A DNA stretch of 64,000 nucleotides from Macrostomum hystrix (Eukaryota > Animalia > Platyhelminthes), in the NCBI GenBank assembly GCA_950097015.1, contig CATNEN010000012.1, forward strand, positions 2,108,001 to 2,172,000, in the 5' to 3' direction. The notes beneath the pieces were generated by a model that had not been told where the DNA came from, did no database searches, and saw only the letters and a program-made list of their open reading frames with translations. This document shows positions 1 through 12,646 of the stretch, piece by piece (within the stretch, counting starts at the first letter, position 1; each line of letters begins with the position of its first letter). A program made the position numbers and the translations under genes.

Positions 1-507
1 CTATTAATCTATAGGGTGTGTTCTATTAATCTATAGGGTGTGTTCTATTAATCTATAGGGTGTGTTCTATTAATCTATAGGGTGTGTTCTATTAATCTAA
101 TAGGGTGTGTTCTATTAATCTATAGGGTGTGTTCTATTAATCTATAGGGTGTGTTCTATTAATCTATAGGGTGTGTTCTATTAATCTATAGGGTGTGTTC
201 TATTAATCTATAGGGTGTGTTCTATTAATCTATAGGGTGTGTTCTATTAATCTATAGGGTGTGTTCTATTAATCTATAGGGTGTGTTCTATTAATCTATA
301 GGGTGTGTTCTATTAATCTATAGGGTGTGTTCTATTAATCTATAGGGTGTGTTCTATTAATCTATAGGGTGTGTTCTATTAATCTATAGGGTGTGTTCTA
401 TTAATCTATAGGGTGTGTTCTATTAATCTATAGGGTGTGTTCTATTAATCTATAGGGTGTGTTCTATTAATCTATAGGGTGTGTTCTATTAATCTATAGG
501 GTGTGTT
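1..507. repeat. 22-bp tandem repeat (CTATTAATCTATAGGGTGTGTT), about 23 copies, truncated by the window edge
   Basis: Near-perfect head-to-tail copies read directly; one single-base insertion near position 100. Confidence 0.97.
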
Positions 508-976
508 CGACGCATTCAGTAGACCTTAAAGTTTCAATAGGACCCATTGTCTGAAGAGAGCATAATTTTTTTCGTAATATAATTCTCGGCCCCTCATTAT
601 TCCTCCGATGCTAATCCTCATTATCTATCTCGTCCTTTCTGTTCTAGCCCACTGAAGGCTGTCTAACTTGTCCACGCAATCGCATCCTCGTATTTATCGA
701 TTTTTTCCGTCTCCATTCGCGCTAATCCCCTTAAGTCTGGATGGCTCAATCCTCGAAATTCTCTTACCCTCTTATTTTCGATCGATCGTTTTTTCACGTT
801 CGCTACTCTCTCAAGGTCACCCAACCCGTTCACACCTCCTCTCCACCTACAGTTGTTTTTTGTATGCTAAATAAAAAATAAACTTACTTTATCTTGGCCG
901 ATGACATCAGCTGAAGCTTAACGTAACTGATGTTAAGGTAGACAGGTATTTTAAACTCCCATTTGGAATTAAACAG

Positions 977-1233
977 CCCCAAAAAGTTGTATCCGTAAAA
1001 ATCATGATCATTTGTTTACACTGCACAACCTGAAACACTTCAAACACACCCCCTGCGCAGAGCCAAACTTCCATGGTGGACCGGACCGCCCTGTCATCCG
1101 CCGGCACTTCAGCCTCAGCCGCAGCCAGTACAGGCATTCAGCATCAACAGCTGCCGCCAATCAAACGAAAGAAATGAGCTTTTCACTAACTGTGCTACTT
1201 GTGCGCATTCCAACGTGTACCATGCGTTGGTGA
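977..1233 (+). CDS. Possible terminal coding exon of an upstream gene, product unrecognised
   Basis: Acceptor-like ttaaacag ends at 976. The open frame PKSCIRKNHDHLFTLHNLKHFKHTPCAEPNFHGGPDRPVIRRHFSLSRSQYRHS... has strong C/G third-position bias like the verified exons. No compatible upstream donor found in the window. Confidence 0.35.
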
Positions 1234-1928
1234 ATATTGAACGAGTCAAAATTAGTTTTTGATCATGCATCGTCAACCCCCTTTCTAAAGGAGTGATTTT
1301 AAGTTTCTTAAAGTTTCTCAAAGCTTTCGGTAATTACTCACAGGGCACACTCACAAGAGTGTAATAAACTTTTTTGTAGACGTACAACATTGTGTTGAAG
1401 GCTTCGCAATGAATTCTCGATTAACAAAACAACAAGGAATTGAGAGAGAAACCATTTGTTTCTTGAAATGCTAGTAGAATCCTAATGGGAAACTGATCCT
1501 GTTGTTGCGTTATGCTGCCACGTGTAATGATTTCTTTTTTAATTTAGACGTCCACTTACTTCAATATTTCTTAAACTACTGTGCTTTTAGTCTTTTAATT
1601 TGCCTCTCTTAGTTTTTTAAAGCACAATAAAATATGGAGTATATACAAGTATAAAACATAAAGGTTTCTGTGACCTTGAAAAAATAAACTTGAAAATACA
1701 TTTGCTTGCCTTTTTGTCTACTTTAAGTAGAACAGTGCGCAAAATGTACCAATATTTAGTATTTCAAAAATATCTTTTATTTAAAATAAATCCTGAAGCC
1801 TGACCATAGACAAATCAAGTGACAAACAGCAAGGCAGCTTCAAGAAACATCTGCCACGCATACCAAACGTTTTTTTTAATTTGTTGTCGTACGAAAAGCC
1901 AAGACCGAGAGAAGCCCTCAATTCGCAA

Positions 1929-4900
1929 ATGGACAAATCTCCAAATGACACGAATTTGGTGCCGAAAAGTTGCGGCGCAGAGCAGAATGACCAGTATGAT
2001 GGCTTGTGCGTGGAAAGGGCCAGCGAATGTATTGGCGTTAGGCATCTGCTACTTAGCGATGTTCTGGTAAGCTTACTGGCAGCATTGCTTGTGGTCAGGT
2101 AAGGAACGGGGAGTGGTCAGGTATCGGATCTGAATCGGTCAGGTAAGGCATGGGAAATATTAGGCATGGGACAGCAACTTTTCAGGTAATAGGATGGTAG
2201 TTATTTAAATACGAGGTGGAATAATAGTAGATATGAAAAGGATCACGTGTGGGGATAAAGAAATAGTTCGCAAGTATGCTTGAACAAAGGGACCAAGCGT
2301 CGACAGAAAAAATGAAAATCCTTACGTCGAACTAAAGTTCCATAAAGTGTGCCAAATTTTCTCCCGTATAAGTCGCATGTGTCGCAAGCTTCTGAGTCAA
2401 AAGAGGCCGACGAGAAGCAGAAGCGAGTGCACGAGCCAAAGTTTTTCACCTGGCGCGAAAATCGGAAGCAAAGCAGTAAGGGATTCACGAAGCGGCAGAA
2501 TCAGCAGGTATTTGGTTTACTCAATCTTCTCATGATGTCCTTCTTGCTGTCTTTCCTACATTTTCTAAGAGTTTTCGCAATTCATCGCTCTAGGTTGACG
2601 ATGTACGCTGCATGTTCAATCTGAGCAGCAACAAGAATTTTCCAAGGCCTGTGATGCAACAGGACGGCGGCCTACAGGAGTCCACTGTCACGCCGCACAT
2701 CGCCGACCAGCTGCTGCTAGACCTTCAACAGCTGGGTCTGGTGCGCGCCAAAGGTGGGCCTGAAAAAGGCGAGGCTGAACGCGATGTACGCACGGATCCT
2801 GAACCGATTCTGAAGGATCTGAAGCTAGTCCAGGTTAGCTCAGAGCAATGATAATGACAATATTTTCAGCAGGGCTGCGGGCAGTTCTGACTCTAGAGCA
2901 CACAAGGACACAGATACTCACACTGGGACAGAGTTCGAAATGTGGTGTACGCTCTTTGCATTGTGCCTTGAGGGTTGGCTCTGAAGTGCGCAAATTTCTC
3001 GAAGATTCCCCAAGCGCCCTAAATGAATGTGGCCGGAATCAAGCCTAGGGACCTCGGTGCGAGGTTACCACCCAGCCACTCACGTCCTTCGCATCTATAT
3101 ATTTCTCAGCTTCAACAGCTGATACATGTGTAACAATGTTTGTTTGCTGTGCATTCCACTATTATCAAGCAACTAACTCATCTACAGGAGTGCCCATTCG
3201 AACGACCGGTCTTCCACTGTTTCCTGAAGGAGCTGTCAATTAATCAGGACATCGTCACATGCCTGGTGACAGTGGAGCAGCACGAGGAAGCCTACGTAAT
3301 GATGGCCTACAATGAGCCAGTTGAAGGTCTGCCAATCAAGCCACTCTCAGAGCTGGCTCGATTTCCTAAATTTCCCCAACTAACTGACGGCTTCTGTATG
3401 TCGGCGAACGGCGACAGCGTGGTGTTCACGTGCACCCTGCTCGGCTGCCTGCTGCACGTGTCGCTCTACAGTTGCTTAATGGATGCTGATGCGGCCGCAG
3501 CTTCCATTGCGCCGGAATACGAAGTTGGTGGCACTGGCTATGCCCAGTGCGAGCCGAATCAAGCCAATTCGAAATCTGCTTCTCGACGTAAGCAAAATCG
3601 GGACAACATAAGGTGCGTAAATCAAGCTAGATGAGGTCGAAAATCTCTATAGAAGGAACGAGTAAGGGCATATAGCCCGGTCTGAAAAAGTATGTTTGAA
3701 AAAAAACTTGAGATTTTTTGTTATTGTACTAATTTCCCATTTCCCAACTAAATTGCAACAGCCGTGAGAGCAGCCAAAGCTTGACAGCTGCGGTCACACT
3801 AGACCACGTGTTCCGCTTTAGAAAGGATCGCCCTGTGGTAGTGGTCGAGTCAAATTACAAATTTTCCGAGCCAATCTCTGAGCACGTTTACGACGTTTGC
3901 ATACGCGAGATGTCCAGCTCCGGCTCCAACAAGTGCAACCTGTACGTTACCAACAAGAGCAACATCGCTGTGGTCAGCCTGTCTAGTCTGAAGCTGGAGA
4001 ACTTTCTATTCGAGGGCCTGAAACTACCTTGGCGACTGAAGCTGCACAAGCACCTACTGATCATTGCCGAAAAGTGGGGGAGTATTCAGATTGCGGATCT
4101 TGAGAAGGAGCACCGCAGCTTATGCGTCAAGGACATGCAGGTGATGCTTGGAACTGAGGAGCTTGTAGCCTAGGAAATTTCATTTTCATATTCCAACTAC
4201 AAGCATGAATTCATAACCTAGACTACAATCAAACGCCGAGAAGCAATGATCGAGTGTAACCCAATGCAATACTATCGCCATTAATATACTGTATACAGGG
4301 CCTCTACTGCGAGAACGGCCTAAAAGCGATTGAAGTAGTAACTGAGAATAACATGCTGCTGCTAACAGTTTATCCGGAAGGCAATCAGTTGGCTGGTCGA
4401 CAATCGGAGGAACTCCGCACGACGAACACTCCAGCAGATGCGACTTCCGGTGCTGCTGCCACTGGCGGTGCCGGCAAACCTGGGTCTGGCCAAGCCGCTG
4501 GCAACAATATAATCGGCGGACTCGGCAGCTTAGGCAGTCGCAACTGGCTTTCTCAAGGTGGCGAAGGCGGTGAAGATGCTAGCTGGAGTTGCCACTGTTT
4601 TCACTTCAACCCGGAGACAAAGCATGGCAACCCAATGCTGTGTTACGCTCAGACCCTTCGTCTTAACCGTGCGCCACTGTCCTGCACCTACAGCCCATTG
4701 ACCAAGCATCTGTACATACTCTGTTTTTATCCAGCGCGAAACAATTCGACTCTTCTGATGATGAATCTTGAAGTCATTCACAAGGAACACGGACGCGCTT
4801 TGAGGATTTCAGCCAATCCGATGCTTCCACGGAAAGACGAGGCCGTGTACAAGGCGGCACTAGAAGGTATTCGTCGACGTCCTGCTGCAAATCAAGAAGT

Positions 4901-4985
4901 GTTGAAATCTGTTGAAATGGTCGATTCCTCTGGATTACCAGTTGTGGTAGCAATGAAGCGTCCTGCCAATTTTGGCTTTATGTAG
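1929..4985 (+). CDS. Uncharacterised 622-aa protein, 5 exons; possible NHL/beta-propeller-like central region
   Basis: Exons 1929-2066, 2594-2833, 3188-3612, 3762-4140, 4299-4985. All introns are GT-AG with consistent phases (0,0,2,0), giving one ORF from ATG 1929 to TAG 4985. Segments such as NLYVTNKSNIAVVSL and GLKLPWRLKLHKHLLIIAE look like propeller blades (inference). Confidence 0.75.
2850..3092 (-). mobile_element. Degenerate tRNA-derived SINE in intron 2 of the 622-aa gene
   Basis: Minus strand reads GTGGCTGGGTGGTAA (A-box-like) ... GGCTTGATTCC (B-box-like) at about 3035-3079. There is no complete cloverleaf, and the 3' boundary is approximate. Confidence 0.4.
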
Positions 4986-5897
4986 CAGCTAATTTCTTGA
5001 CTAGGACACGAGTGGTATGAGAAATCACATATTCTAATGTTGTCAGTAAAGTTAACTGAAAAATTAAATCAGTCTTAATAATTTGGCAATTAACTCTTCT
5101 GGCAACTTTGTGCGTTTGAGACTCTTTTCCAAAAGTTTATCCCATGATCCAAATTACTTACTGTTCTGTTGTACGTCTTGGAACTGACAGAACTCGAGGA
5201 ACTGACTTCTGCATTTTTACTTCATGAACATGTTATTAATAAAATATTGCATGTTGTTTTATTGTTTAAGCTGCCCGAGTTCCTGGGGCGAAATCCTTAT
5301 ATATTCCTACATCTCGAAGTTCGAATACCATACCTCCAAAGTCGGTTTCATGCAGTACAGTATGAGACGACAAATTAATACTTCTTTCGGGCACGACAAA
5401 TATATTTATTTTAGCTAATGCTGACATGATTTATTTTAGCTAAATAGCTAAAATAAAAATAGAAATGTAGAAATGACGAAATGGATGGGCATAAAAAATG
5501 CATTAGTGTGTTGATAATTACATTTTATTTATTTATTGTTTTTTTTAAAGGGATACTTTACCCAAGAAAATAAATTATTTGAAGCGAGTCAGCTATACGT
5601 GTTCCTTATATAAAAATTATTTGCGTTGGTCTATGGTCTTTGCTTTTGGATTTTATATTCTGTAAAGTATGTTGTTGAAATCTTAGTTACTGAAATAATT
5701 TGTTTTTCTCTCTTCTCTGTCACAATAAGTTTGAATGTACTCGTTCATTTCATGGAAAAAGCAAACTGTCGTGCAGTAAGTATAATTCTCATTGCTACAC
5801 CACTCGTAAATATTAAATTACCTTTATTATTCAAAGCACAGTAGTTATTATCTCATTTCTTGTCTTGCTCTGGTATTTTTTGGCTACTAGAGCTAGA

Positions 5898-8800
5898 ATG
5901 AATGGCACAATAAATTACCTCACTAAGTACAAGCAAGTAACGGCCAAATTAAAGAAGTAAGTAACTAAAGCCTAAAGCTCCCTTATGGATCGTGTTTCAA
6001 TCGATCATTGACTACGTTAAATATTATTTCATTCTCTTAAATTCAATTTAGTTTTTATTACTAGCTATAATGACAAATGACCCAGACTGCCACATCACAA
6101 CGAGCTCTTTCTAAGGAATCAAGATAGTGGAGTTTGCCACATTTTCTCCTTTCCTGCTCTTTGCTTTGGCATTCCAGAGGATAGATAAAGGGATGACTGG
6201 CAGGCTAGGCTATTTTATGATCATACATGTCATTTAGGTTTTTAATTGAATAGCTTTATAAAGCCCTTTGCCTGGCAATGAATCCTATATAATTCTGAGC
6301 TGTTAAACAAATTTTTGGCTTTTTTCCTTGATGCTATTAAGTTAAAAATAGCAAAGTATGTAAATAAATTAATAGTTTAGCATATATTAGTAGCTAAATT
6401 GTTTGTTATAGTTTTGTTTATCACAACCTAACCTGAGTAATTCTACTACTTAACTTGAATACTGAATGAGACAAGGTAATTGTATTGGATTCCATACATT
6501 TTGGTACTAGGACATTTTGGTTCTAGTCAGTGCTTTTCTGTATAGCTCCTAAGTTCCCAGGATTGGGAATGCTTTTTGGTTCTTAAATTCAGTTATTTTT
6601 CAATCCAATATTTTGTTATCTTCTATTATGCACAATATTTGTAAAACTAATCTGAAACCAATTTTTCAGAGAACTGTGGCCACAAAAGTTATAATCAATT
6701 TCATTACATAGCAGCTTGAATGAAGCCTGGCTCATTGGGTATATCTAGCTAAACAGCTGGTATATTTACTATATAGGTTTGTTCTGCTGAGTGCTAAAGT
6801 AAAATCAAAAGTAAAAAAGTAAAGCAAGCAGTGCAGCTTTAATCAAATGTTGGCAGGTATTGAAGCTGGTGGTACTGCTCTCTGCTTACACCATTTTGAC
6901 ATGTTCAATTTTGCCATAGCTGACAATGATCATATTGAAGACCCTATAGTCAAGGATAAACTAATTGTTGGCAAGCAAAGTTACCCATTGATTATACAAA
7001 TGCAGTAGAATTAAATTTGAAATGTTAACTTACCTAAAAATTGGTATCATAAAATCTGAAAGTAGGCCTATGTCTATTCTATCTATTCTAAATTGCAAAA
7101 TGTTGCAAATTCTTCATATTGACAATACAGTACCAAAAAGTAGGTCCTCACCCCAAGAGCTATGCCAAAAAGCATTGATTGGTAACTAAAATGCCTAGTA
7201 CTAAAATGCACTTGCAACAAAATGTATGACACCCTTTGTATTGAACAGTATTAAACAAAAAAGTAGGCAATAACCAAAAAAAATTTGCTAGACTTAAATC
7301 CTAGTGTTTCCATCTCTCTTTAAAGGTCCCTCAAGCTGTTGCTCCCTTTTAGTCATAGACAATTTTTGTCATACCACAATGTCATTAGTGCATGACATAA
7401 ATGTTGCATGTTGTGATGAATAACAGGGCCATTCTTAACTTTAATAGCAACATGAAAACAAAATTTTAAGATAAACTTATGTATTTGATAATTTCTGAAC
7501 AGCTAAAAATCTTTTTTGTGTTAAAAATGTTTGCTACTGAATATTCTTTTTTTATATTTTATATTTTGACTGACAATTATTTGTAGTGAAACTTGCAGAA
7601 CAAAAGCACAAATGTTTAATTTCATATTGAATTATAATTTAGTGCACCTTGGGGTCAGGTTACAGGCAACAAGTTTCTGCACAGGGATAGAATCACTTAT
7701 TGATAGTTCTATTGTCAACATATTGCACTGTTAATATTTTATTTTATTTAGTAAGCTACCTTAAACTATTGTACAAATTGAAACAATTATTTCACAACAT
7801 TAAATTTTAATGCCTTTAAACATTAAACATAAATATAATATATAGTTTATATATTGCAATGTAAATTAAAACAAAACCTCAATTGCTTAGTCAGCAAATA
7901 TTTGTTTCATTTCATCAGGAATTATAATTATAGCTCTTTTATGAAGGTTTTTGAGAAGCCAAACATAAATTATTATAAAAATCCAATTTCCATTTAGTGA
8001 AAGAAGTTAAGCTATGAGAAAATAATATATAATTTTCTGGTAATAGCTTTTAAGACACTTTTAAATCTTTAAGTAAAGAAATACTTTCTATAATTTCTTG
8101 GTGGCAAAAGTTGCAACGTTGCATCCTAGAGTTGATAGTATAAATTGTCATTTCCAATTTTAAATTGAGAAGGGTTATAGCTCATATTAAAAATATATTT
8201 CTTTCAAACAATTTAACGATTCTGCATTTTTTAGGGACCAGAAGCCTTGTATTGTAGGCAGAAAAAAGGAAATCCTAAGACAACAAAGGCAAAATTGAAA
8301 GTGAAGGAACAAAAAACGGAAGCATATTAGAAAAATATTATGAAGCAAAAATATAGCATTTTAATAACCAGTATTACTATACTGTGCCCATTCAAGCACA
8401 CTTGATCGTTATGCTGGTACTCTCTTTTACACCAGGCGTTTCCTCAAAAAACCAAACTTGGCCGAAGTCAGCTCAGAGTTCGACTCAATCTCGAAGCACC
8501 TGGAGACAGAGGAGCAAGCATTACATTATGCAGCAATGTTTGCTAAGGCACAGGCTAAGTAAGCTAAGCGTTTTGTTGTTCGTTGAAGTTGCTAGTTTTA
8601 ATAGTTTGTAGAATGTTCAATGAAAATTGTTCTGCAGATGTGAGAGCACCATTGGTAATAGTGCAGCCGAGGCTGGAGCCTTGATGCGGGCGGCCAGGCT
8701 GCACCTTCTGGCAGAGGAAGAGCTCGGCCGTACGCTGTCCGTTTCACTGCACGAAAATCTCGAACTAGCCATTGCCAGCTTTGTGCAAGTGAGTATAGCG

Positions 8801-9866
8801 AGATTGATACCTTTATAATATAACATCCATTTTCTTAGCATCCTCTGTTCAGTGTGGATTCCCAATTCATTGTGGATTCCTCATTCAGTGTGGATTCCCC
8901 ATTAAGTTTGTATTCCAACATTCAGTGTGGATTCCCCATTCAGTGTGGATTTCGTACCGCTCTAGCATTCCTGACGTTCCGCAGGCGGCGACAGTATATG
9001 AGCAGTGTGGCCAGCCCCTTCTAGCTGTTAACGCATATCTACAGCTAGCCGAAGCTCTCATGCTGTACGGAAAATACGCCGAGGCGGCTGTTCACCTGCA
9101 CCGGGCAACCGATCTTGTGCCGACGCACACTTTGCTGATGCTGCGCCTATTGGCCAAGCTGGCCACCTGCCGCCTGCAGCTTGGCGATCCGCACGCCGCT
9201 CTCCTAGTGCACACCCGGATGCAGGAGATTGCACAGCGCAGCGGCGGCGACCTTAACGGCGCCGGCCAGCTGCTGACCTGCTATCAGGGCTACATGCGCG
9301 ACAGCGAGATCAGCCGGGTGCTGCTGCTGTGCCTGCTTGCCAGGCCGGCTGACCGACTGGAGGCTGAGCATGCCGAGACCCTGGCCAGGTGAGCAGCTTT
9401 GAGTTCCCATATCCCCTGTTCACACGGTATCCCAGATCTCCAAGTTTAACACCGTCCTCCCACAACCTCGACTCTGATCCGATCCTTCCAGATTCTCCGA
9501 CAATAGTTGCCACCCATCCGAAATTTCAGGTACTCCTGGTCATCGCCAGAAGAAGAGACGCCACCAGCCTTCCTAACCGAGGAGCTGCTCCTCTGTCTAC
9601 AGTCACTGGTCTGCGCCTGTCAAGCTGGCGACGCTGCCGCGGTAGATGAGGTTCACGAGCGCCTATTTCCGTCTCTGACTGACGAGCAGAATTACCTGCT
9701 TCACGCCCTGGCCGACAGGTTGCGCTCGCCGCCGCTTAGCGCCACGGAGCTCGGCGAGCCGCTGTGCTGTCGTCGAAGAACGCGCAGGAATAATGTCGAT
9801 TTGGACTGTGTTGATGATGACGATCGCGACCCAGACAGACTGATTGCTGGGGCCGGCAACCTTTGA
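5898..9866 (+). CDS. F8A1: HAP40 / factor VIII intron 22 protein (huntingtin-associated protein 40) orthologue, 5 exons
   Basis: Exons 5898-5956, 8436-8558, 8638-8788, 8985-9388, 9530-9866, all GT-AG and in phase. Translation YLTKYKQVTAKLKKRFLKKPNLAE...EAGALMRAARL...FLTEELLLCLQSLV...LFPSLTDEQNYLLH matches hallmark HAP40 segments ([51 protein letters not shown]). Confidence 0.92.
8848..8952. repeat. Short degenerate repeat (about 18 bp, CAGTGTGGATTCCCCATT-like) in HAP40 intron 3
   Basis: About 5 imperfect copies of gtggattcc..att seen directly. Confidence 0.75.
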
Positions 9867-10344
9867 CCATTGGTTTCATACAGTACTAGAGTCAATGTTC
9901 ATCCATTTTTTCTCCTTAGTTAACATATGCCTGTTCCTAATCAACTTTTCTATTATGTCCGTAAAAACCTTTGGGTTGATTAATAAACAGTCGGAATTCA
10001 TATTTTGGCATTTTAACATTTCATTTTCTCTAAATACAGTAAAACGTTGGGAAGATAATTTTCAGTGTGTTGTTTCTCTGTATTGCTTTAGTTTTCTTTT
10101 GTGATAGTGATAGCTTAATATTATGATTTACTGTATTCCATTGTTTTATCGTGCGTGTTTGACGTAAATGCTCATGAGTTTTGACTGTTGAGAATGTGAA
10201 AATTAACTAAATAAAGTTATAACTATATCTATATTGCCGGTAATTTTAAGCAATCAAGCTCGGACTCAGTAGTTATTTCTCTCTAATAAGTTTGTCAAAA
10301 GATATAAAGAAAACAAGAAAGTCCATATAAGAATCAATAAGAGC

Positions 10345-11310
10345 AAAAATCGGCGGCTGCCCTGTGACCGAGGCCTAGCGCGAGTGCGCCTCGATGCAGC
10401 TGGCCAGCGCTTCGATGAGGTCCAGACCCTCAGGCCCGAAGGCTACCAGCGTCTCGGCGCCGACTGGTCGCCTTTGTCGGCGTACTTACATGTCTCAGCT
10501 GCGGCAGCGGAGGCCCTGACCGCGACGGCCGAGGCGTGCAGGTGGCTTGGGGCGCAGGTGTGAGTGACTGTCGTGTCCCAGGCCATCGGGCGTCCTCTTT
10601 CAAAAGCAGCGACGGTGATGCCGTCGAATCGGCGCAGCCCAAAGGAAGAGGCGGCAGCGTGGACGGCAGCTTCGGCCGGGGAGTGCCGGGCCGGACACCT
10701 TCGGCCGGGGCCACGCGCCACACCCCGCACCCGATGCCAACCTGGGTGGGAGTGGGAGCGAGGATATCGACCGCCTTTTGCCTAACTGAAGCGCATGTGG
10801 CCATGGCGACCAGCCCGCGCAGTGTTAGCCCGATGGCGATTAGACGCAGCCCACCGTATTTTTGCGGAATGCCACTAGCGTTGCGCCGAAGAACAGGGGC
10901 CTGATCTGCTGCAGCACGGAGCCGGCCATACAGAAATTGCGGAAATTTAGCAACGCAGCGTGTGGCGACTCGCTGGTAGTTCTATCGCAGATGCTGGTCA
11001 TCTGCTTCAGGTGGGCGGGCCGCAGAATGTCGGGGCTCGCAGCGCCGCCGGCCGGCGTGCGCAACACCGCGTCCAGCAGCTCTGAAGGGACAGCGACATT
11101 GGCGGGTGCAACTCACCGACCGGTGGGGCCGGGATCTCCCCAGCAGGGAGCTTAGCCTTGAGCTGGGAGAGTGCCTCGGCGCTGGGCGGGACGATACTGC
11201 TGTCATTGGCGATGATTTGCGATGCTCCATTGATGTCGCCGAGGTTCATGCGGGTGTGGACGGCGCTAGCCAGAACTCGCGCAGGGCCACCTCCCAGCTC
11301 ACGCAGTCTT
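10345..11310 (-). mobile_element. Internally deleted CRE-type (restriction-like endonuclease) non-LTR retrotransposon remnant
   Basis: Minus-strand translation with frameshifts gives ...ILRPAHLKQ...QIRPLFFGATLVAFRK..GGLRLIAIGLTLRGLVA...QVGIG...AEAAVHAA (start of the RT domain). This is joined directly to RRFDGITVAAFERGRPMAWDTTVTHTCAPSH (RLE endonuclease motif R-PDG...WD-TV). No YxDD core is present. Confidence 0.8.
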
Positions 11311-12646
11311 CTTTGTTGTTTAAAAAAAATTGGGGGATTTCCCCCCGGCCGATCAGCCCAAATTGGGCTCTGCAGGCAAAAGGTCAGCCCGAAGGCAGAA
11401 GGGGCCGCCTAAGATGGTAATTAAGCAGAGCCTAGAGAAGGAATGGCCGTGGGTTTAAGGTCTCGCGGCCTGGGACTGCTAGGACTGCTATGGATAGGAC
11501 ACCGCTTCACCAATGAGGATCTGCGTTCTCAGGACCGCCCCGGGACGCCCAGCCCCCCCCCCGAGACCAGAGCCGAATTCGAGCCAACAAGCCAGCATAG
11601 AATTTCGGACTTGGAGCGCCTACTTCGGGACCCATGGGCCAGTCAGGACTGCCATGCCACCCTTCATAGCAGCCTGTTGGGGCAGGGCCCGGGAAGCGCT
11701 CTTTCAATATTGGATTGGATTGGGTGCCAAGGAGCGCCTACCTCAGAGTCCTAACCCCCCGGGAACCAGTCAACAACCGGAGGCAGAGAGAGGCCGTAAA
11801 GATAAAGTCAAAATATGCCAGATGGAGTCCTACTTTTTTTCTGGCACAATAAGCTTTAGTCTTAACTTATTCAATTTACTCTTTCTATAAAGCCGATTTT
11901 TGAGCTAAAATCAGTAATACCTTTAGAAAAAACAGCAGGGTAAGGAACTGACGATGTGTCTATTTTAACCTCTGAAACGCAACGTTACCCATTAATTTTT
12001 TCCTCGAATTTCGGACAAGTTTGTAGTTAATAAAGTACCTGGATCATGGCGACTTGATCATTCGATGCATTGCAAAAAACGAAGCCACGAAAATAAATCA
12101 CATCTTCTAACAAAATCAAGGGACTGTTAGCTTTTACGTTGAAATGACATGTCAATAATTGCTATTGGTTCATGTAGGTATTATTATCTATTTTATTTCA
12201 ATACTATTTTCTTATCAGTCTACTGGGTGTTTGTCAGCAAATATAATTCTGATTCCATGCACAAAAACGCGAAAACTGTTTTAGTTTCACGTATTAATTT
12301 CCCGATTGACATTGACATTCACATTCACATTCAAACAAGAGTATTGTAACTTAAAAAATAACCATTCAATTACAGCGAAACTTAACAGATCTTCTGATGC
12401 AACTAAGATAAGGTTCCAAAAAATATATAATTTATTTTTGTCAATGCATAAAATAATTAATTTCCACTGGCCTATTATTTTTACAGTTTTTTTTCACAGG
12501 CTATTGTTATACATTACCAGGTTACGAGTTCGACAGAAGCGATACACTCTAATTAGCTATGTCTATGGATTTTTATTTTATATAGCTAAAAGCACTGTCG
12601 TGTTATTGTTATGTCTGTATTGCACATTTTTTTATTTATGAACCTA

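Noticed and set aside
2090-2190. Repeated CAGGTAAG-like donor motifs in intron 1 of the 622-aa gene
   Set aside because: The first is out of phase with exon 2 and the rest lie past an in-frame stop; more likely a short degenerate repeat than functional alternative donors.
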